Source: a virus. Taken from it: DNA of 64,000 nucleotides. Shown here one piece after another: positions 17,857 through 26,197 of the stretch (position 1 is its first letter; the number at the start of each line of letters is the position of its first letter). A model generated the notes under the pieces. The model did not search any database and was not told where the DNA came from. It saw nothing but the letters and a program-made list of their open reading frames with translations. The position numbers were made by a program, and so were the translations under genes. The stretch covers positions 7,000-70,999 of IMG/VR virus record IMGVR_UViG_3300045241_000083; one strand, given 5' to 3'.

Positions 17857-20800
17857 TTACTGACCTGCCTTGGCCTCTTCACGCATATCGCGCATATCTC
17901 GCCGTAAATCTCGTAGTTCGGGCGGGACCTTTGATTCAGCACGCTCAGGAGAACCTCTGACTATGCGCGAGTTGAACGGATCGAACAATTCGCTCGTTTG
18001 CGGGATACTCTTTGGCTTCAACTTCTGCCGCAATCTTGGAACGCGAGCCTTCACGTAATCCATGACCGTTTGCCGTCTGCGCTCCTTCTCGTCCATCTGC
18101 GCCGCGATGTCCGCGATGAACGTCGGGACGAAACTGCCGATAGAAGAGCCTGCCAGGAACTTCGCGCCCTGCGAGGAGCCTATCTCGCCCCAGTCCTGCG
18201 CCGCGTGCAGGTATGGCAGTTCCCGCAGCGATTCGGCCACGGGATGAAGCGGATCGGTCTTGCCTGTAACTGCATCCGACAGGCTCGCCCCAATCGCGAA
18301 GAGTGTGCCGATCGGGTTGATGGTCTGCGTCTCGTAACTTCGCCTTCCGACCTTGACGCCCGGAGCGGCCCACCCCTTACGCTTCAGGTTCTCGCGTTCC
18401 TTCCAGTCCTCGGGGTATCCGACGGCTTGTCCCTTGCTTCTCATATACGCGCCCAAAGCAATGATTCCCAGCCCGACCAATCCGCGTCCGAAGGTGCGTG
18501 AGAAGTTCCGCTGCTCCTCAAGGCTCATCGTTTCGCCGACCTGCTTACGGGCGTAGACCTTCGCCGCTTCGTATACCATACCAACCGGCGTGTACTCCAG
18601 CATCCGCGCCACTATATTGACTGGCACGGTCTGGACAGGGAAAACGAAGTCCAGCACGTTCGCCGCTATGTGTCCGGGAAGAGCCGCCGGCCCCTTGCGT
18701 TCCTTGCCTCTCATACTCGCCGTGAACGCCCGCATGCCCGTACTGAGCTTGTTCTTGTTCAGGAAGACCGCTGCCTCCGCTTCCGTAGCGGCCATTGCCG
18801 AGATAGCTTCAGCGTCCATGTGAGGATAGACGCGAGCCAATTCCTGTCTGGCCCGTTCGAATGCGGCGAGCTTAAAAGGCCGGTACGCGGCAGAGTGAGC
18901 GCGCGAAGCTGCTTCGACGTAAGCGTCACCGATAGCAGTCCCAGTGCTCGGCGCGAGATGCAGACCAGTTGAGGTAGAGCCGATCGGCTGCATTCCCGTT
19001 CGTTCCTGCGCCTTCGTCTCGCCATGTCGCGCGATAGCCGCCGCCTCCGATATCCCCTGTGTCGCCGCCTTATAACCCGCCTGAGCGACTTCTCCGAGTC
19101 TGGGCGCAAATGCCGCGCGCCGACCTGGAACCGATCCGACGATGCTCGATCCCGCCTTGGTAGCGACCAGCGCGTCCACTACTGCGCTTGGAATCTTCCG
19201 CACTTCCTCCGCGCCGAGGTATATCCCGTGGGAGACGAGAACCTTCGCGATGATCCGGGGAGCCGTAATCAGTCCAGCCCGACGGATAGCGAGGATCTTC
19301 TGTGTGAACGATACTGGCTGCATCATCAGGATTTCGGCGTTCACCTGATCGCGCAGCGCGTCCCGCTTGCTTCGCGCTTGGGCCAACTCTTCGTCAACCG
19401 GTCCCGGCGGGCGAGCCTTCTTCTGGAAATCGCGCTCGCGTAACTGTCGTTCGAGTTCAGCTATGGACTTGGCAGTCATCCTTTTCGCCTGCGCGAGCCT
19501 CTGTTCGTCAGTCATCTTGACCGGCTCGGCAGTAGCTTTACGCATCTCCTGCAACTGGCTCAACAGCGCGGCATGTTCCAGTTTCGCTTGACCGAGTTCT
19601 TTCGACCAGACCGCGACCGTCTGCTTCTTCCCTTCGATATCACCCACCTGGATACGGCGGTTTAGTTCGGCATTGGCCTTCACGGTCGCGCGCAGGCTCG
19701 ATTCGATCTTGCGTTGTTCGGGACTGCCCTTCACGGCATCGCGGGCCGTTTTTCGTAGGGCCGCCATCTGCTCTCGTAACTTGACCTGCTGCTGCTTCAG
19801 TTGGCCGAGTTCAGCGGACCACGGTGAGGATGCCGTCTTCGCCCCCTCGATGTCGCCTGACTGAATCCGCTTCTGTAGATCGGCGATGGATCGCTGAGTA
19901 GCGCCGATAGCCGTCCTGATCTTGCTTTGGTCGATGTCGCCCTTGTTTAGATTGTCATATACACCCTGGAGTCTGTCACGTTCGACCTTGAGCGCATTGG
20001 CCTCCGCGTCGTACGCGATCTTCGTCTGCTCCGGCTTCTTCGTCTTCGTGTCGATGTACCTGTTAAGGTCCGTGATCTGGTTCTTCAGCCGCGTCTTAAC
20101 AGCGTCCATTGCGCTCTTTAGCCCCTCCGCCGTGGAACGTGTATTGGCTATTCCCTGCTTGCGCATCGTCTCATTGACTTCAGCGGTCAGACGGCGCACC
20201 TCGGCGCTTTGGGCGTCGCGCTGGAAACCCGTCTTCAGCGGACGCTGTCCCTTCTGAGCGTCCTCCAACTGCTCTATCTTGAGCATCTGCGCTTTCATCT
20301 CGCGAAGCGTCGCGGCATTCTCTTCCGGGTTAGGCTTCGTCGTCTCTCCGTACCGGCTGATAGCGCGGCGGATGTCACTGTGGGTTATGCCCTCGATAAC
20401 ATCCTTGGCCGTCTCGTGGATTTCGCTGACCAGCGCGCCGATTTCCCGGACGCCATGCGAGATCAGGACCTTTGCCATCCTGACGACGATGCCAGCCTCT
20501 TCCGCTGGTAGCCTGACGGCGCCGGACTGTCGGCTGGTAGGCTTGCCCGGTCGGGAACGTAGCGCGCGCCACTCGTCCGCAAGGCCCTTGAGTTCGGCCT
20601 TGAACTCGCCTCGCGCCGCAGTACGGTTCAGTTTGCGGGTCGCCTTCTGGCCCTCGCGCGTCAATTCCTCGACAGCCGATTGCGCGCGCTGGTTCTCGTA
20701 TGCCGCGTCCGCCGCCTTCTTCTCCTGCTCCTTGGCTGCCCGGTCCTGTTCGGCCTTCTCGTATTCGGCGACCTTCGCCCGCAGGGATTCCACTTCCGCG

Positions 20801-23800
20801 CTATTGATCGAACTGCCCTTCGCCATTACCGCCCGCCCGACGACGGCCTTCAGGCTCATCTTGTCGTCAATTGTGAGCTTGCGCGACTCGAGCGCGCGGC
20901 CCTGCATCGTGCCCGACTTCTTGTCGATCTCGGCGATACTGGCAAACTCCTTCAGCAACCGCTCGCGCTCGGAGCCGGCGCGCAGTATCTCGCGGCTGCC
21001 GGTAAGCGTAGACGTGGCTTCTTCCAATGCAGGCAGGCGGTTCTTGATCTGCTGGAGCCGGATGTCAAGTCCAGCAGTCTCTTCGGCGCTCAGTCCGCGC
21101 GGACGAGATCGCATCTCGTCAATCGTGCCACGGATATGCTCCTCGGTATGAAGCCCCTGATCGAACGCCTTTGCGAGCGTTTCGATGTGTGATTGCGGAG
21201 TGTGCGGGTTCAGCGGAGGCAGGCCCAACCGCTCCAAGTCGCGGTTCACCGACGCGTTTCGAGAGGCCGTATCATCGCCTTCCGGTTTCGCCTCTCGTGT
21301 GATTTCCTCCGTGGGAACGCGCTTGCCGATCTCATTCCACGCGGCGTGAAGATTCTCGTCGCTGATCTCGTGTCCGAGGTCGGCGCGCATCCGCTTGGCC
21401 CATTCAGCGAACGTGCGGATACCCGCTTCGACGTGGTAGCCGCCGATCTCCACAAGGTCCTTGAGTATCGTCGGATCGATGCCCGCAGACAATCGGTTCA
21501 GCTTGTCCTTGAGTCGATTGACGGCTTCCTCGTACGCGTCTCTGGTGAAGACCTTGTTCTGCGCGCCGTACTCTTCGGCAGGCTTGGTCTTTGATTCCGC
21601 GCCCGCGCTCTCCGCCTTTTCACCAGTAGGACGAGGAGGCTCTGGCGCAGACTCAGCCTTCGGTGCCTCTCCCTGCTTCACAGGAGGCGTTTCTGCGGGC
21701 TTTGCGGCTGCGGGGGTAGGTGCGGGCGGCTCGGCGGGTTTGGGCGTGGGAGGCTCGCCAATATTCCAGTTGTTACCCTTTAACGACCAGCGACGACTTC
21801 CTGCAGGCCCCTTATTCAGCATGACGTAAGGTTCGGACGCCGATGCGGGATGGACAACTTTGCCTGCGTAGACTTGCCCCTTCTCGTCTTTCCACCAGAC
21901 CTTATCACCAACAACAGGAGCCCCACCGGATGGTTGACCTGCGGAAAGCCCCCCTTTCGCAGAATCCGGTGGGGTCGTTGTAGCTGCGGAGGACGGTGCA
22001 GCCACAGCGTTGACACGGTACTCCGATCCATCGGCGCGGCGGATGACATGCTCGCCGTCAACGATGCCCTCGTAGCGTGCGCCCTCCGGTACGGTGACGC
22101 CGGCAGGTGCAGGACGCGCTTCGGGGGCAGTTCCGCCGACGTGCACGTCAGGTTGTGCCGCCACCGCCCCCGAAGCCTTCTGATAGTCCCACTGCTGCCC
22201 ATCATGCGCGAGCCGGGACACGGTGCCCATATCCGGCGCGTCCTGCATGAACACATTCGGATCGAGCCGGATCGGGTTCATCGGCTCGCCCGCCGCCTTC
22301 CATGCCCGGATTGCACGCTGCACCGTCGAATTGGTCACGAGGACCGGCGTGCCGCCCTCAGCCCGCACCTTCTGGTAGGCCGGGATGATCTTGTCGATCC
22401 ACTGCTGAACCGACTCGCCGCCGGGGAACGCCTGGTCCGGGTTCTCGACGTGCTGGCGGATAATGGCTTTGTTCGCATCGTTATCCGGCTGCGTCCTGAG
22501 CGCATCACCGATGTCAAGCGGCTCGAACTCGTTGTTGACCACAACCGGCAGGCCACTGACGTGCGCCATGATCTTCGCGGCCTGCTGTGTACGCTGGAGC
22601 GGTCCCGAGACGATCCGGTCGGCCCCGCTGTCCTTCAGGCTCTCACCGGCCTGCGCCGATTGCTTCTTGCCGGCGGTCGTCATCGTAACGCCGCTCGGCG
22701 CGGAGAGTTTGCCCGCGCGATCCGGTATCTCGCCGTGGCGCGCGAACAGGACGCTCTCGGCTGTGCCGGGTGGAACGGTTAGCCCTTGCGATTGCGTGGG
22801 CGCTGAGGCTTGGACTGCGGCTTCGGCTGGACCCGCTCCGGCAGTCCCTTGAAGCCCCCCGGCTGCGACTTGGTTGCCTGCTCCCACTCCTTGATCTTGG
22901 GGAATTTGCCCTGGGACGCCAGTTCCTCCAGCTTGCGCTGCTGGGCCTTTGACTTGAACGGCACCTGTCATCACCTCCTCTGTTGGGGTTGGTACGACTG
23001 GCGGGGCGGTTTCGGCCATCTTCTCCGGTGCGCTGATAGCGCGTCTCCGAAGGTAGGTATCCGCCGTGTGACGGAGTGTGTCGGCCAGGTAGTTGAACGC
23101 CCACTGCCGGTTGTCGCCCTTCACGGACGCTGCGTGCTGTGACGCTACTTCCGCCGCGCCCCGCAACGCTTGAGCTTTGTCCAGTGATGGCTCCGACATG
23201 AAGCCTTCGACGATCTGCCCGACGCTCTTGCGGACGTTCTGTCGATCCGCCGCCGCGATCCCATGCTCCAGAATGGCCGGTGAAAGAGCCAGTAGGAAGT
23301 TGAACGACGCACCACCTGTGTCCCCTTCCCGCAGTTGGTTCATCGCGTTATTGGCGGCGTTGGCGGAGAAGCCAGCCATGATGCCACGAGCCAGCAACGG
23401 GGCGCGTGTCGCGATCGCGCCGACTCCCACACCGCTTAACTGCATCTCCGGGTCGGCGAGGCTGTAGAGAAACTTCTCCGCCTCCGGTGCGAAACCTCGC
23501 GCCTGCGCCAGTACCTTCGCCCCCTCCGGCCCGCGAATAAGGTTGGCAAGCACTTCTGACGGACGTAGGGTCGATATGTCGCCTGTCTCGTGGTTGATGA
23601 CCGCGCCAACACCAATCACGCCTTCCGGCCCTGTTTGCGGTGGAACGAACTCCTGTTTCGCCTGCTGCGCTAGTTCGTCGGCCTTCTCAAGGATCGCTTG
23701 CTGCGCGACCGGCTTCATCTTCTGCAGGCGCGGGAACCACGTTGGATCGGCAGGGTTCCTAGAAAGCGCGTCCGCCGCTCGCATAGGCACGTTGGCGCGC

Positions 23801-24906
23801 AGGTTGCCGGTGTTCATGAAGTCCATCTTGAACTTTTGAAGTTGGTCATCCGTGAAGAGCGTCGCGGGCGCACGCAGGCTCGTAGGCTTGCCCTGTGTCG
23901 ATGACGGGAAGATCACGTCAGACGCCGTGTAGCGCCCGTTTGAGGGAGGCGAGGCAGGAGACGGCCGCAGGTCCATCGGCGGCTGCATCGACGCCTTGAG
24001 AGCGGAGATAACAGGTTCAGCGGTTGCGCCGGAGACGGCTCCAGCCGCTGCGCCGAGGTCGCGTCCATAGAATCCGAACTGCTGCTTGGCGGCATCTGTC
24101 ACAGTACGCGCGATCGGCCCTGCCGCCGCTCCAGCAGCCGCGCCAATCTGCCCTCCAGCGGGTGTAGGTGTGGCGGACGGCGGCGTGCTGGAATATCCCG
24201 GTGGTAGCGGTGGAAGCGTTGGAGACGGAGCATTGCCCGCTTGGTCCATCTGAACAGCATCACTGAGCATCTGCGCCATGTAGCCAGGACCGGAGCTCGC
24301 GTACGATCCAGGCGGGACCTGAAAGCCTCTCGGCAGGCTGACGTGGATATGGTTGTAGTGGTCTCCACCGATATTCGTCTGCCACAGGTAGCCCTTGTTA
24401 GTGCCATGCTCGCCGAAGGAGTATCCTGCCTGCTCCAGGTGCGTCACCAGCAGGTCGCCGAGGTTCTTGCCCTGCTTGGAGGATAGCGGCACGCCGTTGA
24501 TTGTCGAGATGTCGAGCGCCAGCCCAGGGATATGCCGCGACCGGTTTCCACTCTGCGCTACCTGCAGGTTGTGTTCGAGGGTCCGCTGCGCCGAGCTGAT
24601 TCCGAGCTTGAATCCGAGGCCGTCCGCGATGTCGTTGATGTCATTCAGAAGTCCCGCATGAGCGCGGCCGCCTGACTGACCCATGAACTGCAGGCGCGGG
24701 AATCCGCTGATGGGAACGATTTTGCTCGGCGGAGCATCCGAGAAACCTGCTGGAAGAGGCGGCATGGAGGACGGCTGCGCGCCCTGGTAAGGGTTCGCAG
24801 GCACCGGCATCGGGGGCGCATCGGTGTAGCCGGCAGGTAGAGGCGGCAGCGTTGCGACTCCGCCGCCCTGGTCGCCTTGATTACCAGATTGAGGATCGTC
24901 CGGCAT
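17857..24906 (-). CDS. giant internal virion/ejection polyvalent protein (~2,350 aa) with M15-like peptidase and histidine-phosphatase-like domains
   Basis: SSAQRT...SRHIPGLALDI...HYNHIHV (M15 Zn-peptidase pattern); VLFARHGE...IVSGPLQRTQQAA...FPGGES (His-phosphatase pattern); long helical C-terminus; located after two smaller ejection-type genes. Confidence 0.8.
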   Translation of the reverse strand: MPDDPQSGNQGDQGGGVATLPPLPAGYTDAPPMPVPANPYQGAQPSSMPPLPAGFSDAPPSKIVPISGFPRLQFMGQSGGRAHAGLLNDINDIADGLGFKLGISSAQRTLEHNLQVAQSGNRSRHIPGLALDISTINGVPLSSKQGKNLGDLLVTHLEQAGYSFGEHGTNKGYLWQTNIGGDHYNHIHVSLPRGFQVPPGSYASSGPGYMAQMLSDAVQMDQAGNAPSPTLPPLPPGYSSTPPSATPTPAGGQIGAAAGAAAGPIARTVTDAAKQQFGFYGRDLGAAAGAVSGATAEPVISALKASMQPPMDLRPSPASPPSNGRYTASDVIFPSSTQGKPTSLRAPATLFTDDQLQKFKMDFMNTGNLRANVPMRAADALSRNPADPTWFPRLQKMKPVAQQAILEKADELAQQAKQEFVPPQTGPEGVIGVGAVINHETGDISTLRPSEVLANLIRGPEGAKVLAQARGFAPEAEKFLYSLADPEMQLSGVGVGAIATRAPLLARGIMAGFSANAANNAMNQLREGDTGGASFNFLLALSPAILEHGIAAADRQNVRKSVGQIVEGFMSEPSLDKAQALRGAAEVASQHAASVKGDNRQWAFNYLADTLRHTADTYLRRRAISAPEKMAETAPPVVPTPTEEVMTGAVQVKGPAAQAGGTGVPGQIPQDQGVGAGNQVAAGGLQGTAGAGPAEAAVQASAPTQSQGLTVPPGTAESVLFARHGEIPDRAGKLSAPSGVTMTTAGKKQSAQAGESLKDSGADRIVSGPLQRTQQAAKIMAHVSGLPVVVNNEFEPLDIGDALRTQPDNDANKAIIRQHVENPDQAFPGGESVQQWIDKIIPAYQKVRAEGGTPVLVTNSTVQRAIRAWKAAGEPMNPIRLDPNVFMQDAPDMGTVSRLAHDGQQWDYQKASGAVAAQPDVHVGGTAPEARPAPAGVTVPEGARYEGIVDGEHVIRRADGSEYRVNAVAAPSSAATTTPPDSAKGGLSAGQPSGGAPVVGDKVWWKDEKGQVYAGKVVHPASASEPYVMLNKGPAGSRRWSLKGNNWNIGEPPTPKPAEPPAPTPAAAKPAETPPVKQGEAPKAESAPEPPRPTGEKAESAGAESKTKPAEEYGAQNKVFTRDAYEEAVNRLKDKLNRLSAGIDPTILKDLVEIGGYHVEAGIRTFAEWAKRMRADLGHEISDENLHAAWNEIGKRVPTEEITREAKPEGDDTASRNASVNRDLERLGLPPLNPHTPQSHIETLAKAFDQGLHTEEHIRGTIDEMRSRPRGLSAEETAGLDIRLQQIKNRLPALEEATSTLTGSREILRAGSERERLLKEFASIAEIDKKSGTMQGRALESRKLTIDDKMSLKAVVGRAVMAKGSSINSAEVESLRAKVAEYEKAEQDRAAKEQEKKAADAAYENQRAQSAVEELTREGQKATRKLNRTAARGEFKAELKGLADEWRALRSRPGKPTSRQSGAVRLPAEEAGIVVRMAKVLISHGVREIGALVSEIHETAKDVIEGITHSDIRRAISRYGETTKPNPEENAATLREMKAQMLKIEQLEDAQKGQRPLKTGFQRDAQSAEVRRLTAEVNETMRKQGIANTRSTAEGLKSAMDAVKTRLKNQITDLNRYIDTKTKKPEQTKIAYDAEANALKVERDRLQGVYDNLNKGDIDQSKIRTAIGATQRSIADLQKRIQSGDIEGAKTASSPWSAELGQLKQQQVKLREQMAALRKTARDAVKGSPEQRKIESSLRATVKANAELNRRIQVGDIEGKKQTVAVWSKELGQAKLEHAALLSQLQEMRKATAEPVKMTDEQRLAQAKRMTAKSIAELERQLRERDFQKKARPPGPVDEELAQARSKRDALRDQVNAEILMMQPVSFTQKILAIRRAGLITAPRIIAKVLVSHGIYLGAEEVRKIPSAVVDALVATKAGSSIVGSVPGRRAAFAPRLGEVAQAGYKAATQGISEAAAIARHGETKAQERTGMQPIGSTSTGLHLAPSTGTAIGDAYVEAASRAHSAAYRPFKLAAFERARQELARVYPHMDAEAISAMAATEAEAAVFLNKNKLSTGMRAFTASMRGKERKGPAALPGHIAANVLDFVFPVQTVPVNIVARMLEYTPVGMVYEAAKVYARKQVGETMSLEEQRNFSRTFGRGLVGLGIIALGAYMRSKGQAVGYPEDWKERENLKRKGWAAPGVKVGRRSYETQTINPIGTLFAIGASLSDAVTGKTDPLHPVAESLRELPYLHAAQDWGEIGSSQGAKFLAGSSIGSFVPTFIADIAAQMDEKERRRQTVMDYVKARVPRLRQKLKPKSIPQTSELFDPFNSRIVRGSPERAESKVPPELRDLRRDMRDMREEAKAGQ
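22779..22964 (-). CDS. small basic protein nested out of frame in the giant gene
   Basis: AGGAGGT SD 8 nt before GTG; MPFKSKAQQR...KEWE..T......LPERV resembles a small phage protein family. Confidence 0.55.
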   Translation of the reverse strand: MPFKSKAQQRKLEELASQGKFPKIKEWEQATKSQPGGFKGLPERVQPKPQSKPQRPRNRKG

Positions 24907-24907
24907 A

Positions 24908-24937
24908 TTGCGTTGTACCTGCAAAACGTGCTACTAT
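24908..24937 (+). promoter_or_regulatory. promoter of the RAMP/pentamer-array cassette
   Basis: TTGCGT-18 bp-TACTAT with extended -10 TG; predicted start near 24944. Confidence 0.6.
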
Positions 24938-24943
24938 GTGAGC

Positions 24944-25049
24944 GTCACGGTCGCTGGAGTACAATTTCATAAAGAAGGCATGGCGCAAGCCATCCTCTCG
25001 ACGCCCGCTTTCCAGCGACCGTGACAAGTAGCTGAGATGGCGGGCGTCG
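24944..25049 (+). ncRNA. structured leader RNA of the RAMP cassette
   Basis: 15-bp IR (24944-24958/25011-25025); internal ATGGC-GCAA-GCCAT hairpin; competing 10-bp pairing 24999-25008/25040-25049. Confidence 0.55.
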
Positions 25050-25060
25050 TTGCGTGTGCC

Positions 25061-25280
25061 GATCAGCTTTGACCTGATGGGCCGCGCCAAGTCAGGACTA
25101 GCCGAGATACGTCTTGTTCAGATCAGTTAGGCTCCGATATGCCACGGCGAGATATGTTTTGCCCGGTTGCGATGCGCCCGGACGCGATTGGACTTGATGG
25201 GCCAAGCCGGGACAAGTTCCGAAAAGCTATGCCGAGCCACGCCTGGCTGTGACAAGTTCGGATGAGACGGGCCGAGTCTT
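25061..25280 (+). repeat. pentamer-periodic non-coding array 1 (44 x G-H-Y-N-N), candidate guide RNA
   Basis: G at position 1 in 44/44 units, pyrimidine at position 3 in 43/44, G at position 2 only once; positions 4-5 variable. Confidence 0.92.
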
Positions 25281-25304
25281 ACTCTCTCTCAGAAAGGAAC
25301 GAGA

Positions 25305-25970
25305 ATGTCCACTGCTACGAGAACGAAGGGAAACGGAAAGCCAGTTGCGATTGAGACGTTGGACACAAGCCAGACGACGAATGGCGGCGATTTTGTTGTC
25401 GACAAAGGCCGCCCCTACATCGCAACCGTGAAAATCGAGGGAGTCGCGACACTCCTGCTTCACGCATGGAACTGCGATTCGGTCGAAGCGAAGGCTGGAG
25501 CCGTGAAGGGCAGTTCGGCCAAGAAGACGGATGATGTAGAATCGTACGTCGTTCGGGCATCGAATGGCGAAATCGGCATTCCCGCATCGTACTTCCGCGG
25601 CATGATATGCGGGGCGCAGGGAGCCGCGAAGTATCGCCAGGACCCGCGCTCGCCGCGAAAGTCCGCGCTCGACCTGTACCGCGCTGGCGCGGTGATTATG
25701 ACGGAGATTGCATCGCTCGGCGTCAAGAAGTGGGACCTGCTCGACAAGCGGCGCGAGGTAGTCATGCGCGCTGGTATCACGAGAGTGCGTCCTGCTATGC
25801 TCGCCGGTTGGCGGTGCGAGTTCGATATTCAGTGCATCCTGCCTGAGTACATCAGCCCACACGATCTTCACTCGGTTCTCGTCGATTGCGGCCGTCTCTG
25901 CGGCCTAGGTGATCATCGTCCCACATATGGACGGTTCGCCATCGTCGGCTACGAGGTTCGGCAGCTTTGA
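25305..25970 (+). CDS. stand-alone RAMP/Cas7(Csm3)-like RNA-binding protein
   Basis: VKIEGVATLLLH (beta1), GEIGIPASYFRGMI (compare IPGSSLKG), GWRCEFDI, C-terminal Gly loop GRLCGLGDHRPTYGRF; AAAGGA SD. Confidence 0.8.
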   Translation: MSTATRTKGNGKPVAIETLDTSQTTNGGDFVVDKGRPYIATVKIEGVATLLLHAWNCDSVEAKAGAVKGSSAKKTDDVESYVVRASNGEIGIPASYFRGMICGAQGAAKYRQDPRSPRKSALDLYRAGAVIMTEIASLGVKKWDLLDKRREVVMRAGITRVRPAMLAGWRCEFDIQCILPEYISPHDLHSVLVDCGRLCGLGDHRPTYGRFAIVGYEVRQL

Positions 25971-26193
25971 CTCGCTCAGATGCGCTATGTCTCGCCCTGC
26001 CACGTCAGGACAGGTTGCGACTCGTCTTGTCGCGCTGTGGCAAGTCGCGCTGCGTTAGGACGTGCTACGCATAGCCGAGACAAGTTCCGCCAGGACAGGA
26101 TCAGATCGGATATGCTCAGTTCAGCCATGCTGTGTTGTGTTTGGTTTAGACAAGCCTAGACAAGCCAAGACTGGATTAGTCGTGCTTCGATTA
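25964..26193 (+). repeat. pentamer-periodic non-coding array 2 (46 x G-H-Y-N-N), candidate guide RNA
   Basis: G at position 1 in 46/46 units, pyrimidine at position 3 in 45/46, G at position 2 only once; starts at the last codons of the RAMP gene. Confidence 0.92.
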
Positions 26194-26197
26194 TCTC

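Noticed and set aside
25061-26193. Canonical CRISPR array or simple microsatellite interpretation of the pentamer arrays
   Set aside because: There are no 25-45-bp identical repeats with spacers, and units differ from one another at three of five positions, unlike slippage repeats.
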